Positions 1-9,031 of a stretch of DNA of 64,000 bases are shown one piece after another. The notes under the pieces are model-generated. The model was not told where the DNA came from. It saw nothing but the letters and a program-made list of their open reading frames with translations, and ran no database searches. The DNA lies in contig CALYAY010000010.1 of NCBI GenBank assembly GCA_944393695.1, positions 994 to 64,993 of the forward strand. Direction: 5' to 3'. Position numbers and translations under genes: made by a program. Position 1 is the stretch's first letter. Each line of letters starts with the position of its first letter. The stretch is from an uncultured Alphaproteobacteria bacterium. GTDB lineage: Bacteria; Pseudomonadota; Alphaproteobacteria; RF32; CAG-239.

Positions 1-138
1 AACATTCTGGTAAAAAGTTCTTTTTTTGTATAAAAAATATTGTTTTTCCTTAAAAACTATGCTATTATGTACAAAAATTAGACTAATACACAGCGAGTGT
101 CGTGTGGAACTTGGTGTAATAAAAATGGAGTAAACAAA

Positions 139-3021
139 ATGGTTGAGAACGCAATTCCGGGAACTTTGGATGAATGGTTAAAAAAGCACCCCGATATTGA
201 ACGGGAATTTATCTCGGAAGCTCAAAAAAGAGTAGACACAGTCGGATTCGATGCCAAAGACATGGATAAATTTTACAATCGTTTTCAAAAACAGCAAAAA
301 GCCAAAAACAAACAAAACGAAAACACCAAATCCCGCGAAATCGCCCAAACGCTCAAAGCCGCGGAAGGCGACTTGTCAAAACTGAATTTTGACGAGATTG
401 CCGTTGCCTGGTCTGTATTGAAAGATGCCGGGGAAAAGGATAAAGACAAATCCAAACTCAGAAAAAAGATGGCCGATTTTGCCGAAACCAAAATGGCGGA
501 AATATCCCAAGACACAAACTTCCCCCTGTCCATGGCTAATGCACCGGAAATCTCCGAATGGCTGATTATCAGCAATGAAAACCAGACCACTGACGACAAG
601 CAAAAATCTGCCCGCAACGCTGCCCTCAACAAGCGTCTGACCTCCTTTTACCAAATCTACGACAAAAACAATTTCCTGGAAAATCTGCCGTCTGCCGAAG
701 ACATTATGGCTAACGACATTGAGCTCGACGCCATCAGCAAAAACTTTAACCCCGCGGAAAAAGACAAAGAAGGCAAAGAACTTTACCCGGAATACCTGCC
801 GGTAAAAACCTTTTACGATAACCTGATTATCGAAAACAACGGGGACAAAGCCGCGCGGGTAGATAAAAACACTTTCCGTGCCGACATGGATACCCTCGCC
901 CGGCAGGAAACCATCCTGGAATTAAGCATTAATCCGAAATTCAAAGAATTAAACCGGGAAAACAAAAAGCGCATTTTTGCCACCGGCTACTTTGCCCATA
1001 TGGAACAGGGCATACTTTCGCTGACCGCCACCCAGATGGCCGCCAATGCCGAAGCGCAAAAACCGGGAGGAAAATTCAACAAAAGCGAGCTGTACGAACA
1101 GGCCCGCGACTACTTTCAAAAAATTGCCGACGGCAAAGCCGGAAAAATATCTATCAGCAATGTCACGGCCATAGCCGTCCTTGCCGAAAGAACCTCTAAT
1201 CTGACAGCCAAAGCCAAGCGCATTGCCCAAAAGACCGGCGCCATGGCCGCTTGGAACCGGGTAAAACGCTTTGACAAGGAAATGACCCGAAAACATCCGC
1301 TGTTATACCCGGCGGCCAAAAGCTTTGCCGAAAGCGCCGCTATCGGCTGGGTAACCGGCGGCGTGGGCCTGACGGTCATGTCCGCAATCCATGCAGGCAG
1401 TGCCATAAATAAAAGCTACATAAATTACAAAAAAAACAATAACACCAACGAAAGCTATTTCAGCCACCTGAAAAAGAACAAGCTGGAAATGATAAATCTG
1501 GCTGCAGCAGTCGGAAGTGCCGCCATATCGGTCTACGGCATCAGTGTAGACGGCCTGCGCGCCAATGACTTTGGCAAACTCGGAACTGTCATAGCCGGTA
1601 ACACGCCTCCCCTTGCCGCTGCCACAACTTCTGCCGCCACCGGACTTTGGGGCGCCATCAGCGACAACCTGAAAAATCCGCAAAAACTGGCCCGTCTGGC
1701 TTTGAGTATCGGATCCGGCGTCAGCAAAGGAACCGTATATATGGCTCAGTCTTTTGCCGAAAAAGATGAAACAAAGAAAAAAGAATTGCGCAAAAAAGCA
1801 TACGCGGTTGCCGCCGGCAGCTTTATCGGTGCCTTTGTCGGCCTCACCGCCGGCCCCCTGCTTTCTGAGGGCACCAAAGCCGTTGGTGAAGGCATAGAAC
1901 TGCCCGATCCGGGCAAAAGCTCAAGCGCTGCTGATATTGCCGTGGAAGACTCCACAATTCTTGAACAGGAACCGGTCAACGGCCCCTCGGCTCCGGAACA
2001 TTTGGAAACCGGGCACGAACAGGAAGCCCCCCAAACTCCGGCAAGAGAGACACACACCGTCCATCATGAAGACCGGCAGGAAACCACCATCCGTAAAGAA
2101 CCCGAAAGCCAAAGTTCTCAGGTAAAAATCAAAACCGCACCGACACCCGCTCCGGAAACACCCGCAGCAGAAGTCGTTGTCGAAACGGTAGAAGTTTCCC
2201 ATCTTAAAAGTTTTGAAACCGGTGTAAAAATCGCCGAAGATTTTGAACAGAGCAACAATCTGCCCCGCTCGGCCGGAAAAATCCTTTCCGAAGAAATCAA
2301 AGCCGGCAATCTGACCAAAGCCGAAGCCACATCCATCCTTGACAATCTGAAAAAACATGCCGTCGAAGTCAAAGATTACAAACTCGGACTGGATAACTTC
2401 CTAAAAGAAGAAGACAGCCTGGCTTCCGGCGAACGCCTCCTTCAGGAAAGCGCCGAAGCCACCGTTCAGCCTGAACCTCCGGCTGCTTCTGCAGAACCGG
2501 CAACCGATGAAATTTCCGAACCGGTAAGCACCGTTCCCTCTCATCGCCAGATGTTTGAAATGAACGAAAAAGTCATCGAAGCTTATCGCCAAACCCAAAA
2601 CTTCGAAACATCCGTCATCGGCGTCCTCAATCAGGAAGTCGAAGCCGGTAATCTGACTGAAGCTCAAAAAAGCACTGCCGTCAAAATTTACGGTGAAGTG
2701 GTGAGCGACCATAACGGCAAAATCAAGAAAGCCTTGGAAGACATCCGCTTCAATTCGCACAAAATGGCCATTGAAGAAGAAGTAATTGCCGAGGCGAAAG
2801 AAAAAGACATTACGCAGCCTCATGAAGAAAACAGGCAAAACAAGCTCGACGAACTGCGCGGTATTGCCCAAACCCCGACAGACACACAAGCTCCGGCCGG
2901 CCAACCCCAGCAGACCAAAGACGGCGGATATATCGTTGAACAAAACGAAGCCGCCCGCAAAGGCGAAAAATTCGGCCGGGCCTATACCGTAAAGGTTCCT
3001 GCCGGAAAAGAAATCAGCTGA
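139..3021 (+). CDS. Large hypothetical protein of unknown function. Lys/Glu-rich N-terminus, central Gly/Ala-rich hydrophobic segments, Pro/Glu-rich C-terminal half with two repeated ~150-aa modules carrying an 'E[IV][KE]AGNLT[KE]A' motif. Likely membrane-associated or secreted.
   Basis: Long uninterrupted ORF 97..3021. A GGAG RBS about 8 nt upstream of the ATG at 139 makes that the likely start. Internal repeat 'EEIKAGNLTKAEATS' / 'QEVEAGNLTEAQKST' seen in the translation. I recognise no known family. Confidence 0.5.
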   Translation: MVENAIPGTLDEWLKKHPDIEREFISEAQKRVDTVGFDAKDMDKFYNRFQKQQKAKNKQNENTKSREIAQTLKAAEGDLSKLNFDEIAVAWSVLKDAGEKDKDKSKLRKKMADFAETKMAEISQDTNFPLSMANAPEISEWLIISNENQTTDDKQKSARNAALNKRLTSFYQIYDKNNFLENLPSAEDIMANDIELDAISKNFNPAEKDKEGKELYPEYLPVKTFYDNLIIENNGDKAARVDKNTFRADMDTLARQETILELSINPKFKELNRENKKRIFATGYFAHMEQGILSLTATQMAANAEAQKPGGKFNKSELYEQARDYFQKIADGKAGKISISNVTAIAVLAERTSNLTAKAKRIAQKTGAMAAWNRVKRFDKEMTRKHPLLYPAAKSFAESAAIGWVTGGVGLTVMSAIHAGSAINKSYINYKKNNNTNESYFSHLKKNKLEMINLAAAVGSAAISVYGISVDGLRANDFGKLGTVIAGNTPPLAAATTSAATGLWGAISDNLKNPQKLARLALSIGSGVSKGTVYMAQSFAEKDETKKKELRKKAYAVAAGSFIGAFVGLTAGPLLSEGTKAVGEGIELPDPGKSSSAADIAVEDSTILEQEPVNGPSAPEHLETGHEQEAPQTPARETHTVHHEDRQETTIRKEPESQSSQVKIKTAPTPAPETPAAEVVVETVEVSHLKSFETGVKIAEDFEQSNNLPRSAGKILSEEIKAGNLTKAEATSILDNLKKHAVEVKDYKLGLDNFLKEEDSLASGERLLQESAEATVQPEPPAASAEPATDEISEPVSTVPSHRQMFEMNEKVIEAYRQTQNFETSVIGVLNQEVEAGNLTEAQKSTAVKIYGEVVSDHNGKIKKALEDIRFNSHKMAIEEEVIAEAKEKDITQPHEENRQNKLDELRGIAQTPTDTQAPAGQPQQTKDGGYIVEQNEAARKGEKFGRAYTVKVPAGKEIS

Positions 3022-3033
3022 CGGGAAACCAAC

Positions 3034-3696
3034 ATGCTGGAAATCATATTAGACGGCAATCCGGGAAACACCTTTCTGCAACAGGAATACCCTGTTGCAG
3101 AAGTTGTGCCCTCTTCTTGGCAAACCTTCGACGATTATCGCCGGGAAGCCCGCCGGATAATAGAAAATCATGCAAATGAAAACGCCGTCATCATCCCTGA
3201 AAACGAACCCCGTTTTTCAATCAACAAACTGGCCGTCGCCTTGTTCATTGAATCTTGTGAAATTCCCAACCGGCTGGACTATGCCGTTTTCAAAGTCAGC
3301 GACTACAAGCAAAAAACCGAAGCCTACAAACCCTATTGTGCTTTAACCATAGCCATCAAATACGTAATGCGCCTGCTTCAGGACGACCCCAAAACCGCTT
3401 ACAAAGACATGGCCTGCCTCGGATATCTGGGCCTGAATATTAAACAGGACTATGCCAATGACCGGCTTCTGATAAACCTGCCGGGAAAAATTCCCCACCC
3501 CAAAATCACCGCTTCAGACTTTTCCGAAGCCCTGATCGCCATCGGCATCGCCAAAGCTCTCACTCTGGAGCCAACCGGCGATTCGCTTGAAATCGAAATA
3601 AACACCCTCGGCACCGACACCTCACTAAGCAAAAGGCAGATTATAAATGAAATCGTCAACCGGGTCATTCCGCTGATTGAAACACCGCAAAAATAA
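3034..3696 (+). CDS. Hypothetical protein (220 aa), probably co-transcribed with the upstream large ORF.
   Basis: ORF begins 13 nt after the stop of the 139..3021 gene on the same strand. No recognisable motifs. Confidence 0.4.
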   Translation: MLEIILDGNPGNTFLQQEYPVAEVVPSSWQTFDDYRREARRIIENHANENAVIIPENEPRFSINKLAVALFIESCEIPNRLDYAVFKVSDYKQKTEAYKPYCALTIAIKYVMRLLQDDPKTAYKDMACLGYLGLNIKQDYANDRLLINLPGKIPHPKITASDFSEALIAIGIAKALTLEPTGDSLEIEINTLGTDTSLSKRQIINEIVNRVIPLIETPQK

Positions 3697-3754
3697 CAAC
3701 AATATTTTTATTGACATTAATCCCCCGCTCGTATATAAAAGTTTTCAGTCCTGT

Positions 3755-3830
3755 GCCGACTTAGCTCAGCTGGTAGAGCTACTGATTTGTAATCAGTGGG
3801 TCGGGGGTTCAAGTCCCTCAGTCGGCACCA
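3755..3830 (+). tRNA. tRNA-Thr (anticodon UGU)
   Basis: 76-nt cloverleaf folded by hand. Acceptor GCCGACT/AGTCGGC, D-arm GCTC-AGCTGGTA-GAGC, anticodon arm ACTGA-TTTGTAA-TCAGT, T-arm GGGGG-TTCAAGT-CCCTC, discriminator A and encoded CCA. Confidence 0.85.
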
Positions 3831-3838
3831 GTTTTCAA

Positions 3839-3863
3839 GCCTCCCGTTGCGGAGGCTTTTTTT
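3839..3863 (+). terminator. Rho-independent terminator after tRNA-Thr
   Basis: GCCTCC-cgttgc-GGAGGC hairpin followed by TTTTTTT. Confidence 0.6.
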
Positions 3864-3876
3864 ACAACAGTACTAA

Positions 3877-3900
3877 CAAAAAAACCGCCATTAAGGCGGT
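3877..3900 (-). terminator. Rho-independent terminator of aspS (minus strand)
   Basis: ACCGCC-attaa-GGCGGT hairpin preceded on the plus strand by an A7 run (a T-run on the minus strand), 8 nt past the aspS stop. Confidence 0.5.
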
Positions 3901-3907
3901 CTTTCCT

Positions 3908-5668
3908 TTAATCCTTAACCACTTTGATATGCAGTTCGTCAAGCTGCTGCTGCGTCACCACATTCGGCGCCTGCATCATCAAATCCTGCGCCTTCCCGTT
4001 CAGCGGAAACAAAATCACATCCCGGATAATCGGCTCGTCCAACAGCAGCATAACCAGACGGTCAACCCCGTAAGCCGAACCGGCGTGCGGCGGCGCTCCA
4101 AACTTAAACGCACTGATCATACCGCCAAACTTGTTATCCACCACCGAATTGTCATAGCCGGCAATTTCAAAAGCCTTATACATAATATCCGGCTGATGAT
4201 TGCGCACCGCGCCCGACAACAATTCCACCCCGTTGCACACAAAGTCATACTGATAAGCCAGAATTTCCAGCGGATTTTTGTTCTGCAGAGCCTCCATACC
4301 TCCCTGCGGCATCGAAAACGGATTATGTGAAAATTCCACCGCACCGGTTTCTTCATTTTCCTCATAAAACGGAAAATCAACCACCCAGCACATTTTGAAC
4401 GAATTTTCATCAATCAGACCGAGTTCCTCACCAACTTTGTTGCGCAGCCGGCCGCTGAACTTGTCAAATTTCACGCCCTTACCGACAACAAACAAGATTG
4501 CATCACCGTCTTCTGCGCCAAACATCGCTTTAATTTCACTGACTTTGGCCTCGCCCAGCATACGCGAAATTCCTTTCACGCCGCCTTCTGCCCAGGCCAG
4601 ATAAGCCACGCCGCCCATGCCTTCTTCTTTGGCATAGCCGTCCAGTTTGTCAAAGAACGAACGCGGCTTGGCAGCGATTCCCTTCACCAGCATGCCTTTA
4701 ACCGTTTTGCCTTCCTTAACCAGATTGTCATAGACGCCGAAACCGCTGTCGCCAAACGCTGTCGAAGCATCAATCATAAACAGCGGATTACGCAAATCCG
4801 GCTTGTCCGAACCATACTTCAGCATGGCCTCTCTGAACGGAATATGCACATATGGAGCCTGATCAACTTTCTTGCCGTTGGCAAACTCGTTAAATATCGT
4901 ACCCAGCGTATGCTCAATCACCGCAAACACATCATCCTGCGTGGCAAAGCTCATCTCCATATCCATCTGATAAAACTCGCCCGGAGAACGATCCGCCCGC
5001 GGATCCTCATCACGAAAACACGGCGCAATCTGAAAATACTTGTCAAAACCGGCCACCATCAACAACTGTTTAAACTGCTGCGGCGCCTGTGGCAAAGCAT
5101 AAAACTTACCGGGATTCAGTCTTGAGGGCACCAGAAAGTCACGCGCCCCTTCCGGCGAAGAAGCGGTCAAAATCGGCGTCTGATATTCGGTAAAACCTTG
5201 CTCTCTCATCAATTCGCGCGAACGCTGAATCACTTTTGAGCGCAACAAAATATTTTTGTGAATCCGGTCTTTTCTCAAATCCAGAAAACGGTATTTCAGG
5301 CGCATTTCTTCAGGCTCACCGCCGTCCGAAGCCACCTGCACCGGCAGAATATCCGCCTCGGAATAAACCTCCAGCCCGCTGACCTTAATCTCAATATCCC
5401 CGGTCGGAATATGTTTGTTCACGCTCTCGCGGTGCACCACTTTTCCCGTAATGCCGATAACCGATTCCACCCGCAGCGCCTCAATTTTTTCAAACAAATC
5501 CGAGCTGCTGTCAAAAACACATTGCGTAATTCCGTAATGATCCCGCAAATCCACAAAACACAAATTTCCCAAATTGCGTTTACGATGAATCCACCCGGCC
5601 AGTTTCACTTCCTTGTCGACATCGGAAGCCCTGAGCTCGCCGCAGGTATGTGTACGATAGCTGCTCAT
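3908..5668 (-). CDS. aspS: Aspartate--tRNA ligase
   Basis: 586 aa. N-terminal anticodon-binding OB fold ([49 protein letters not shown]) and class II synthetase motifs (QSPQ.., [30 protein letters not shown]). Confidence 0.95.
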   Translation of the reverse strand: MSSYRTHTCGELRASDVDKEVKLAGWIHRKRNLGNLCFVDLRDHYGITQCVFDSSSDLFEKIEALRVESVIGITGKVVHRESVNKHIPTGDIEIKVSGLEVYSEADILPVQVASDGGEPEEMRLKYRFLDLRKDRIHKNILLRSKVIQRSRELMREQGFTEYQTPILTASSPEGARDFLVPSRLNPGKFYALPQAPQQFKQLLMVAGFDKYFQIAPCFRDEDPRADRSPGEFYQMDMEMSFATQDDVFAVIEHTLGTIFNEFANGKKVDQAPYVHIPFREAMLKYGSDKPDLRNPLFMIDASTAFGDSGFGVYDNLVKEGKTVKGMLVKGIAAKPRSFFDKLDGYAKEEGMGGVAYLAWAEGGVKGISRMLGEAKVSEIKAMFGAEDGDAILFVVGKGVKFDKFSGRLRNKVGEELGLIDENSFKMCWVVDFPFYEENEETGAVEFSHNPFSMPQGGMEALQNKNPLEILAYQYDFVCNGVELLSGAVRNHQPDIMYKAFEIAGYDNSVVDNKFGGMISAFKFGAPPHAGSAYGVDRLVMLLLDEPIIRDVILFPLNGKAQDLMMQAPNVVTQQQLDELHIKVVKD

Positions 5669-5867
5669 ATTTATCCTCTTTAATTATTAATACGGTTTTA
5701 TAAGTTCTACCCCTGTTTTCTTCGAAAAGCAAGTCCCTTTTAGCCTGCCGGCGCACAGATTTCCGCTTTCCGCAAAGTTTTGTTTCACAAAATGGAATAT
5801 GATATTGATATTTAAACGCAGAATACTTAAATTTAAAAACACGATAAGACTTTAGAGGACATAACTC

Positions 5868-6317
5868 ATGCAGGATAATCTGCCCCAGCTTCGTGACATT
5901 CATCTGCCCGACGGTGTTTCCGCCTGGCCCCCGGCTTACGGCTGGTTTGTGCTGGCTGCCGCCCTGATTTTGGCAATTGTTTTAATTCGCCTGACGCTCG
6001 TCCTGCGCCGCAAAAGCAAAAAACGTTACGCCCTCCGCCTGTTGCAAAACTTTCCTGAAAACAATATGCGCGCCGCCGTTGAAATGTCAGAAATCCTGCG
6101 CCGCATCTGCGTTTTGAAATACAAAAACGCCGCTTCCCTGTTCGGCCGTGCATGGATTGATTTTCTCAACGGCAAAACCAAGCATCCGCTTAAAGACAAA
6201 ACCGCCCGCCTGCTGCTTGATGCCCCTTATACCTCGTCCGCATCCCAAACCTACACGGCCGAAGACATCGCCGCTCTCCGCACTTTTTGCCAAAACTGGA
6301 TAGGAGAAAATCTGTGA
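5868..6317 (+). CDS. DUF4381-like small membrane protein that precedes batA in Bat operons
   Basis: 'LRDIHLPDGVSAWPPAYGWFVLAAALI' followed by a TM helix. Its stop overlaps the batA start. Confidence 0.55.
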   Translation: MQDNLPQLRDIHLPDGVSAWPPAYGWFVLAAALILAIVLIRLTLVLRRKSKKRYALRLLQNFPENNMRAAVEMSEILRRICVLKYKNAASLFGRAWIDFLNGKTKHPLKDKTARLLLDAPYTSSASQTYTAEDIAALRTFCQNWIGENL

Positions 6318-7318
6318 CACACTTCCTTCATCCCGAAATGTTTTGGCTCCTGCTGCTGCCGATATTATTCCGTTTTCTGCTGCCTGCTGCCCGCGGTCTG
6401 CATGGTGATGCCCTGCGCATTCCCTTTCTCCGCGACATTGAAAAAATCAGCATCAAATCCGGCAGCGTCTGGAAACAGTCTCTCCCGGCAAACAGCGGCT
6501 TCTCCCCAAAGCTGACCCTGTTATCCTTTATCTGGTTGCTTTTAGTACTTGCCGCCGCTCGCCCCCAGTGGATTGGCGAAGCCGTCCGTCTTCCGGAAAA
6601 AAGCCGCGACATTCTGCTGGTGGTCGATATTTCAACCTCCATGCTCGAACCCGATTTCAGCCTGAACGGCCGCCGCATTGACCGCCTGAGCGCCGTTAAA
6701 AAAACCGCCTCCGAATTTATGCGCAGACGCACCGATGACCGCATCGGACTGGTTCTGTTCGGCTCCCGGGCTTATTTGCAGGCCCCGGTAACCTACGACA
6801 AAAAATCGGTTGAAGAAATCCTCTGGAACGCCGACGCCGGCATGGCCGGAAACTCCACCTCCATCGGCGATGCCCTTGGCCTGTCACTCAAATCTTTGCG
6901 TGACGGCAACACTCCCGGACAAAAAGTCATCATCCTGCTGACCGACGGCGAAAACAACAGCGGCGCCCTGTCTTTGCCTCAGGCAGTCAAACTGGCCCGG
7001 GACGAAAACGTCAAAATCTACACCATCGGAGTCGGCTCCGACAATGCGTTTGTTAATTCCTTTTTCGGCATAAATCTGCAACGCACCCCGGGACTGGATG
7101 AAAAAAGCCTGCAAGACATTGCCCGCCAGACCGAAGGTACCTATTTCCGCGCCAAAGACACCGACAGCCTGGAAAAAATTTACACCCGAATTGACAAGCT
7201 GGAAGCGGTTGATCACGACGCCTCTTACATTCGTGAAACCAAAGAACTTTTTTACTGGCCGCTCGGCGCTGCCCTCGTTCTGGCAGCCGTTTTACTGCTT
7301 TACAGCCGGAGAAAATAA
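6287..7318 (+). CDS. batA: BatA-like protein with a von Willebrand factor A (VWA) domain
   Basis: N-terminal TM region, a metal-ion-dependent adhesion site (MIDAS) motif 'ILLVVDISTSM', and 'IILLTDGENN'. The true start is probably the GTG at 6314 (GGAG RBS) or the ATG at 6338. Confidence 0.75.
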   Translation: MPKLDRRKSVTHFLHPEMFWLLLLPILFRFLLPAARGLHGDALRIPFLRDIEKISIKSGSVWKQSLPANSGFSPKLTLLSFIWLLLVLAAARPQWIGEAVRLPEKSRDILLVVDISTSMLEPDFSLNGRRIDRLSAVKKTASEFMRRRTDDRIGLVLFGSRAYLQAPVTYDKKSVEEILWNADAGMAGNSTSIGDALGLSLKSLRDGNTPGQKVIILLTDGENNSGALSLPQAVKLARDENVKIYTIGVGSDNAFVNSFFGINLQRTPGLDEKSLQDIARQTEGTYFRAKDTDSLEKIYTRIDKLEAVDHDASYIRETKELFYWPLGAALVLAAVLLLYSRRK

Positions 7319-9013
7319 ATGGAAAACTTTATTGCCGATTTTCACTTTCTGCGTCCCTGGTGGCTGCTAGCCCTGTTTCTGCCCCTGATTTTTTACACCC
7401 GTTTTTCCGGCAGCGGCCGCAGCCTGTCCTCCTGGGTAAAAGTCTGCGACAAAAAGCTGCTTAAATTTCTGTTGGTAAAAGGCAGCTCCGGACAACGGCG
7501 TTTCGTGTCACTGATTGCCCTGACCGGTTTCATCGGTGCAATTTTTTCCCTCGCCGGCCCTTCCTGGAAAAAAACAGAAGTTCCCGGCCTGACACCCCAA
7601 AACCCGGTCATGCTTTTACTTGACATGTCGAGTATGATGAATCAAAAAGACATCACCCCCAGCCGCCTTACCCGCGCCAAATTCAAAATCGCCGACCTGC
7701 TGGAAAACCTGAAAGCAGATCAAACCGGCCTCATTGTCTACACCCGGGAACCCTTTCTGATTACCCCCGTCACCGATGACGACGCCCTGATTACCAACCT
7801 GCTGCCCGAAATCACCACCGACATCATGCCCGTTAACGGCAGTCGCCTCGACCGCGCCATAGACCTTGCCGTCGACAAGCTGAAAGCTGCCGGTTTCTCC
7901 CGGGGAAACATCATAATTTTTTCCGGAGACGAAGGCGAAAACGCCTCTCAAGCCCAAAACGCTGCCTCCCGTGCTGCCGACAGTGGTTATAACGTTTCCG
8001 TCATCGCGGTTAATGCCAAAGCTTCTCCCACTCTCCGGCAGTTGGCGGAAAAAGGCCGGGGCATCTTCACTCCCGTCACCGCCGGAGATGAAGACATTTC
8101 CCTCTTAAACAACTTTATGCAAAAAAACTTCAGCGAAGAATTAAAAAAATCGGAAAACATGCGCTCGGTCTGGCTTGACTATGGTTATTACCTGTTAATC
8201 ATTCCGCTTTTTTGCTGTCTTTACTTCTTCCGCCGCGGCCTGCTGGCCGTACTTATCCCCGCGCTGCTCTGCGCCGCACCCGCCCGGGCCTCGTTCTTTC
8301 TGAATGCCGATCAGGAAGGGCTCCGCGATTTTCAATCCGGAGATTACGCCGCTGCCGCACAAAATTTTAAAGATTCGCAATGGAAAGCCTCCAGCTTCTA
8401 CAAAGCCGGAAACTATGAACAGGCCCTGCGCGAATTCAGCAGGGAAAACACCGAAACCGCCCTGTACAATCAGGGCAACGCTCTGGCCAAAAGCGGAAAA
8501 ATCGACGAAGCCATAAAGAAGTATGAAGAAGTCCTGAAACAAAACCCCGGACACGAAGATGCCAAATTCAACCTGGAATATCTGAAACAACAAAAAAATC
8601 AACAGCAGCAAAACCAAAATAATCAGAACCGGCAATCTCAGGATAAACAAGACCGGAAACAAAACCAGTCTCAAAACGATTCGCAGAACGAACAACAACA
8701 AAATCCCGACAATCAGCAATCACCGTCCGGCAATGACAAAGAACAACAATCCCCTGATGAAAACCGGGATAATCAGTCGCAAGATCAAAACACCCCGCAG
8801 CAGTCTCAATCCCAAGCTGCTCCCGGAGAAGAGAACCGGGAAAAAAAGCCTCAACCTTCCGGCTCGGCCGAAGCCTCGGACGAACCCCGGCAAAAATACG
8901 ACGAGCAAGCCCAGGCCCGGGAACAACAATACCGTGAAATCCCTGAAGACCCGGGCGGTCTGCTGCGGGCTTTCATCAATAAAGAATATCGTAAAAAACG
9001 TTACAACGATTAA
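7319..9013 (+). CDS. batB: BatB-like VWA-TPR protein with an unusual C-terminal Gln/Asn/Ser-rich low-complexity tail
   Basis: 'FLRPWWLLALFLPL' N-terminus, MIDAS 'MLLLDMSSMM', TPR segment 'YKAGNYEQALREFS..YNQGNALAKSGKIDEAIKKYEEVLKQNP', then ~120 aa of QN-rich sequence. Confidence 0.75.
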   Translation: MENFIADFHFLRPWWLLALFLPLIFYTRFSGSGRSLSSWVKVCDKKLLKFLLVKGSSGQRRFVSLIALTGFIGAIFSLAGPSWKKTEVPGLTPQNPVMLLLDMSSMMNQKDITPSRLTRAKFKIADLLENLKADQTGLIVYTREPFLITPVTDDDALITNLLPEITTDIMPVNGSRLDRAIDLAVDKLKAAGFSRGNIIIFSGDEGENASQAQNAASRAADSGYNVSVIAVNAKASPTLRQLAEKGRGIFTPVTAGDEDISLLNNFMQKNFSEELKKSENMRSVWLDYGYYLLIIPLFCCLYFFRRGLLAVLIPALLCAAPARASFFLNADQEGLRDFQSGDYAAAAQNFKDSQWKASSFYKAGNYEQALREFSRENTETALYNQGNALAKSGKIDEAIKKYEEVLKQNPGHEDAKFNLEYLKQQKNQQQQNQNNQNRQSQDKQDRKQNQSQNDSQNEQQQNPDNQQSPSGNDKEQQSPDENRDNQSQDQNTPQQSQSQAAPGEENREKKPQPSGSAEASDEPRQKYDEQAQAREQQYREIPEDPGGLLRAFINKEYRKKRYND

Positions 9014-9031
9014 TTTAACCCAGGAGGTAAA

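Noticed and set aside
3831-3910. tRNA-Thr 3' end as an integration site for a genomic island
   Set aside because: Only two terminators and the convergent aspS follow. There is no foreign DNA, integrase or direct repeat.
3677-4330. 217-aa plus-strand ORF spanning the tRNA-Thr gene and running antisense into aspS
   Set aside because: It overlaps a well-folded tRNA and the highly conserved aspS on the opposite strand. Its composition (His/Arg/Gln-rich) is typical of antisense shadow ORFs.
8195-8719. Minus-strand ORFs antisense to batB, and similar long antisense ORFs inside msbA (12632..13594), hydG (16851..17639), uvrA (29525..30841), flotillin (32325..32819), hlyD (49043..49603) and others
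   Set aside because: They lie fully inside strongly supported genes on the other strand. They have no RBS or motifs and show biased, low-complexity translations.
8560-8960. Repetitive CAA/CAG/AAC-rich tract, considered as a possible tandem repeat or CRISPR-like array
   Set aside because: It is in-frame coding sequence for the Q/N-rich tail of BatB. It has no repeat-spacer periodicity and no cas genes.
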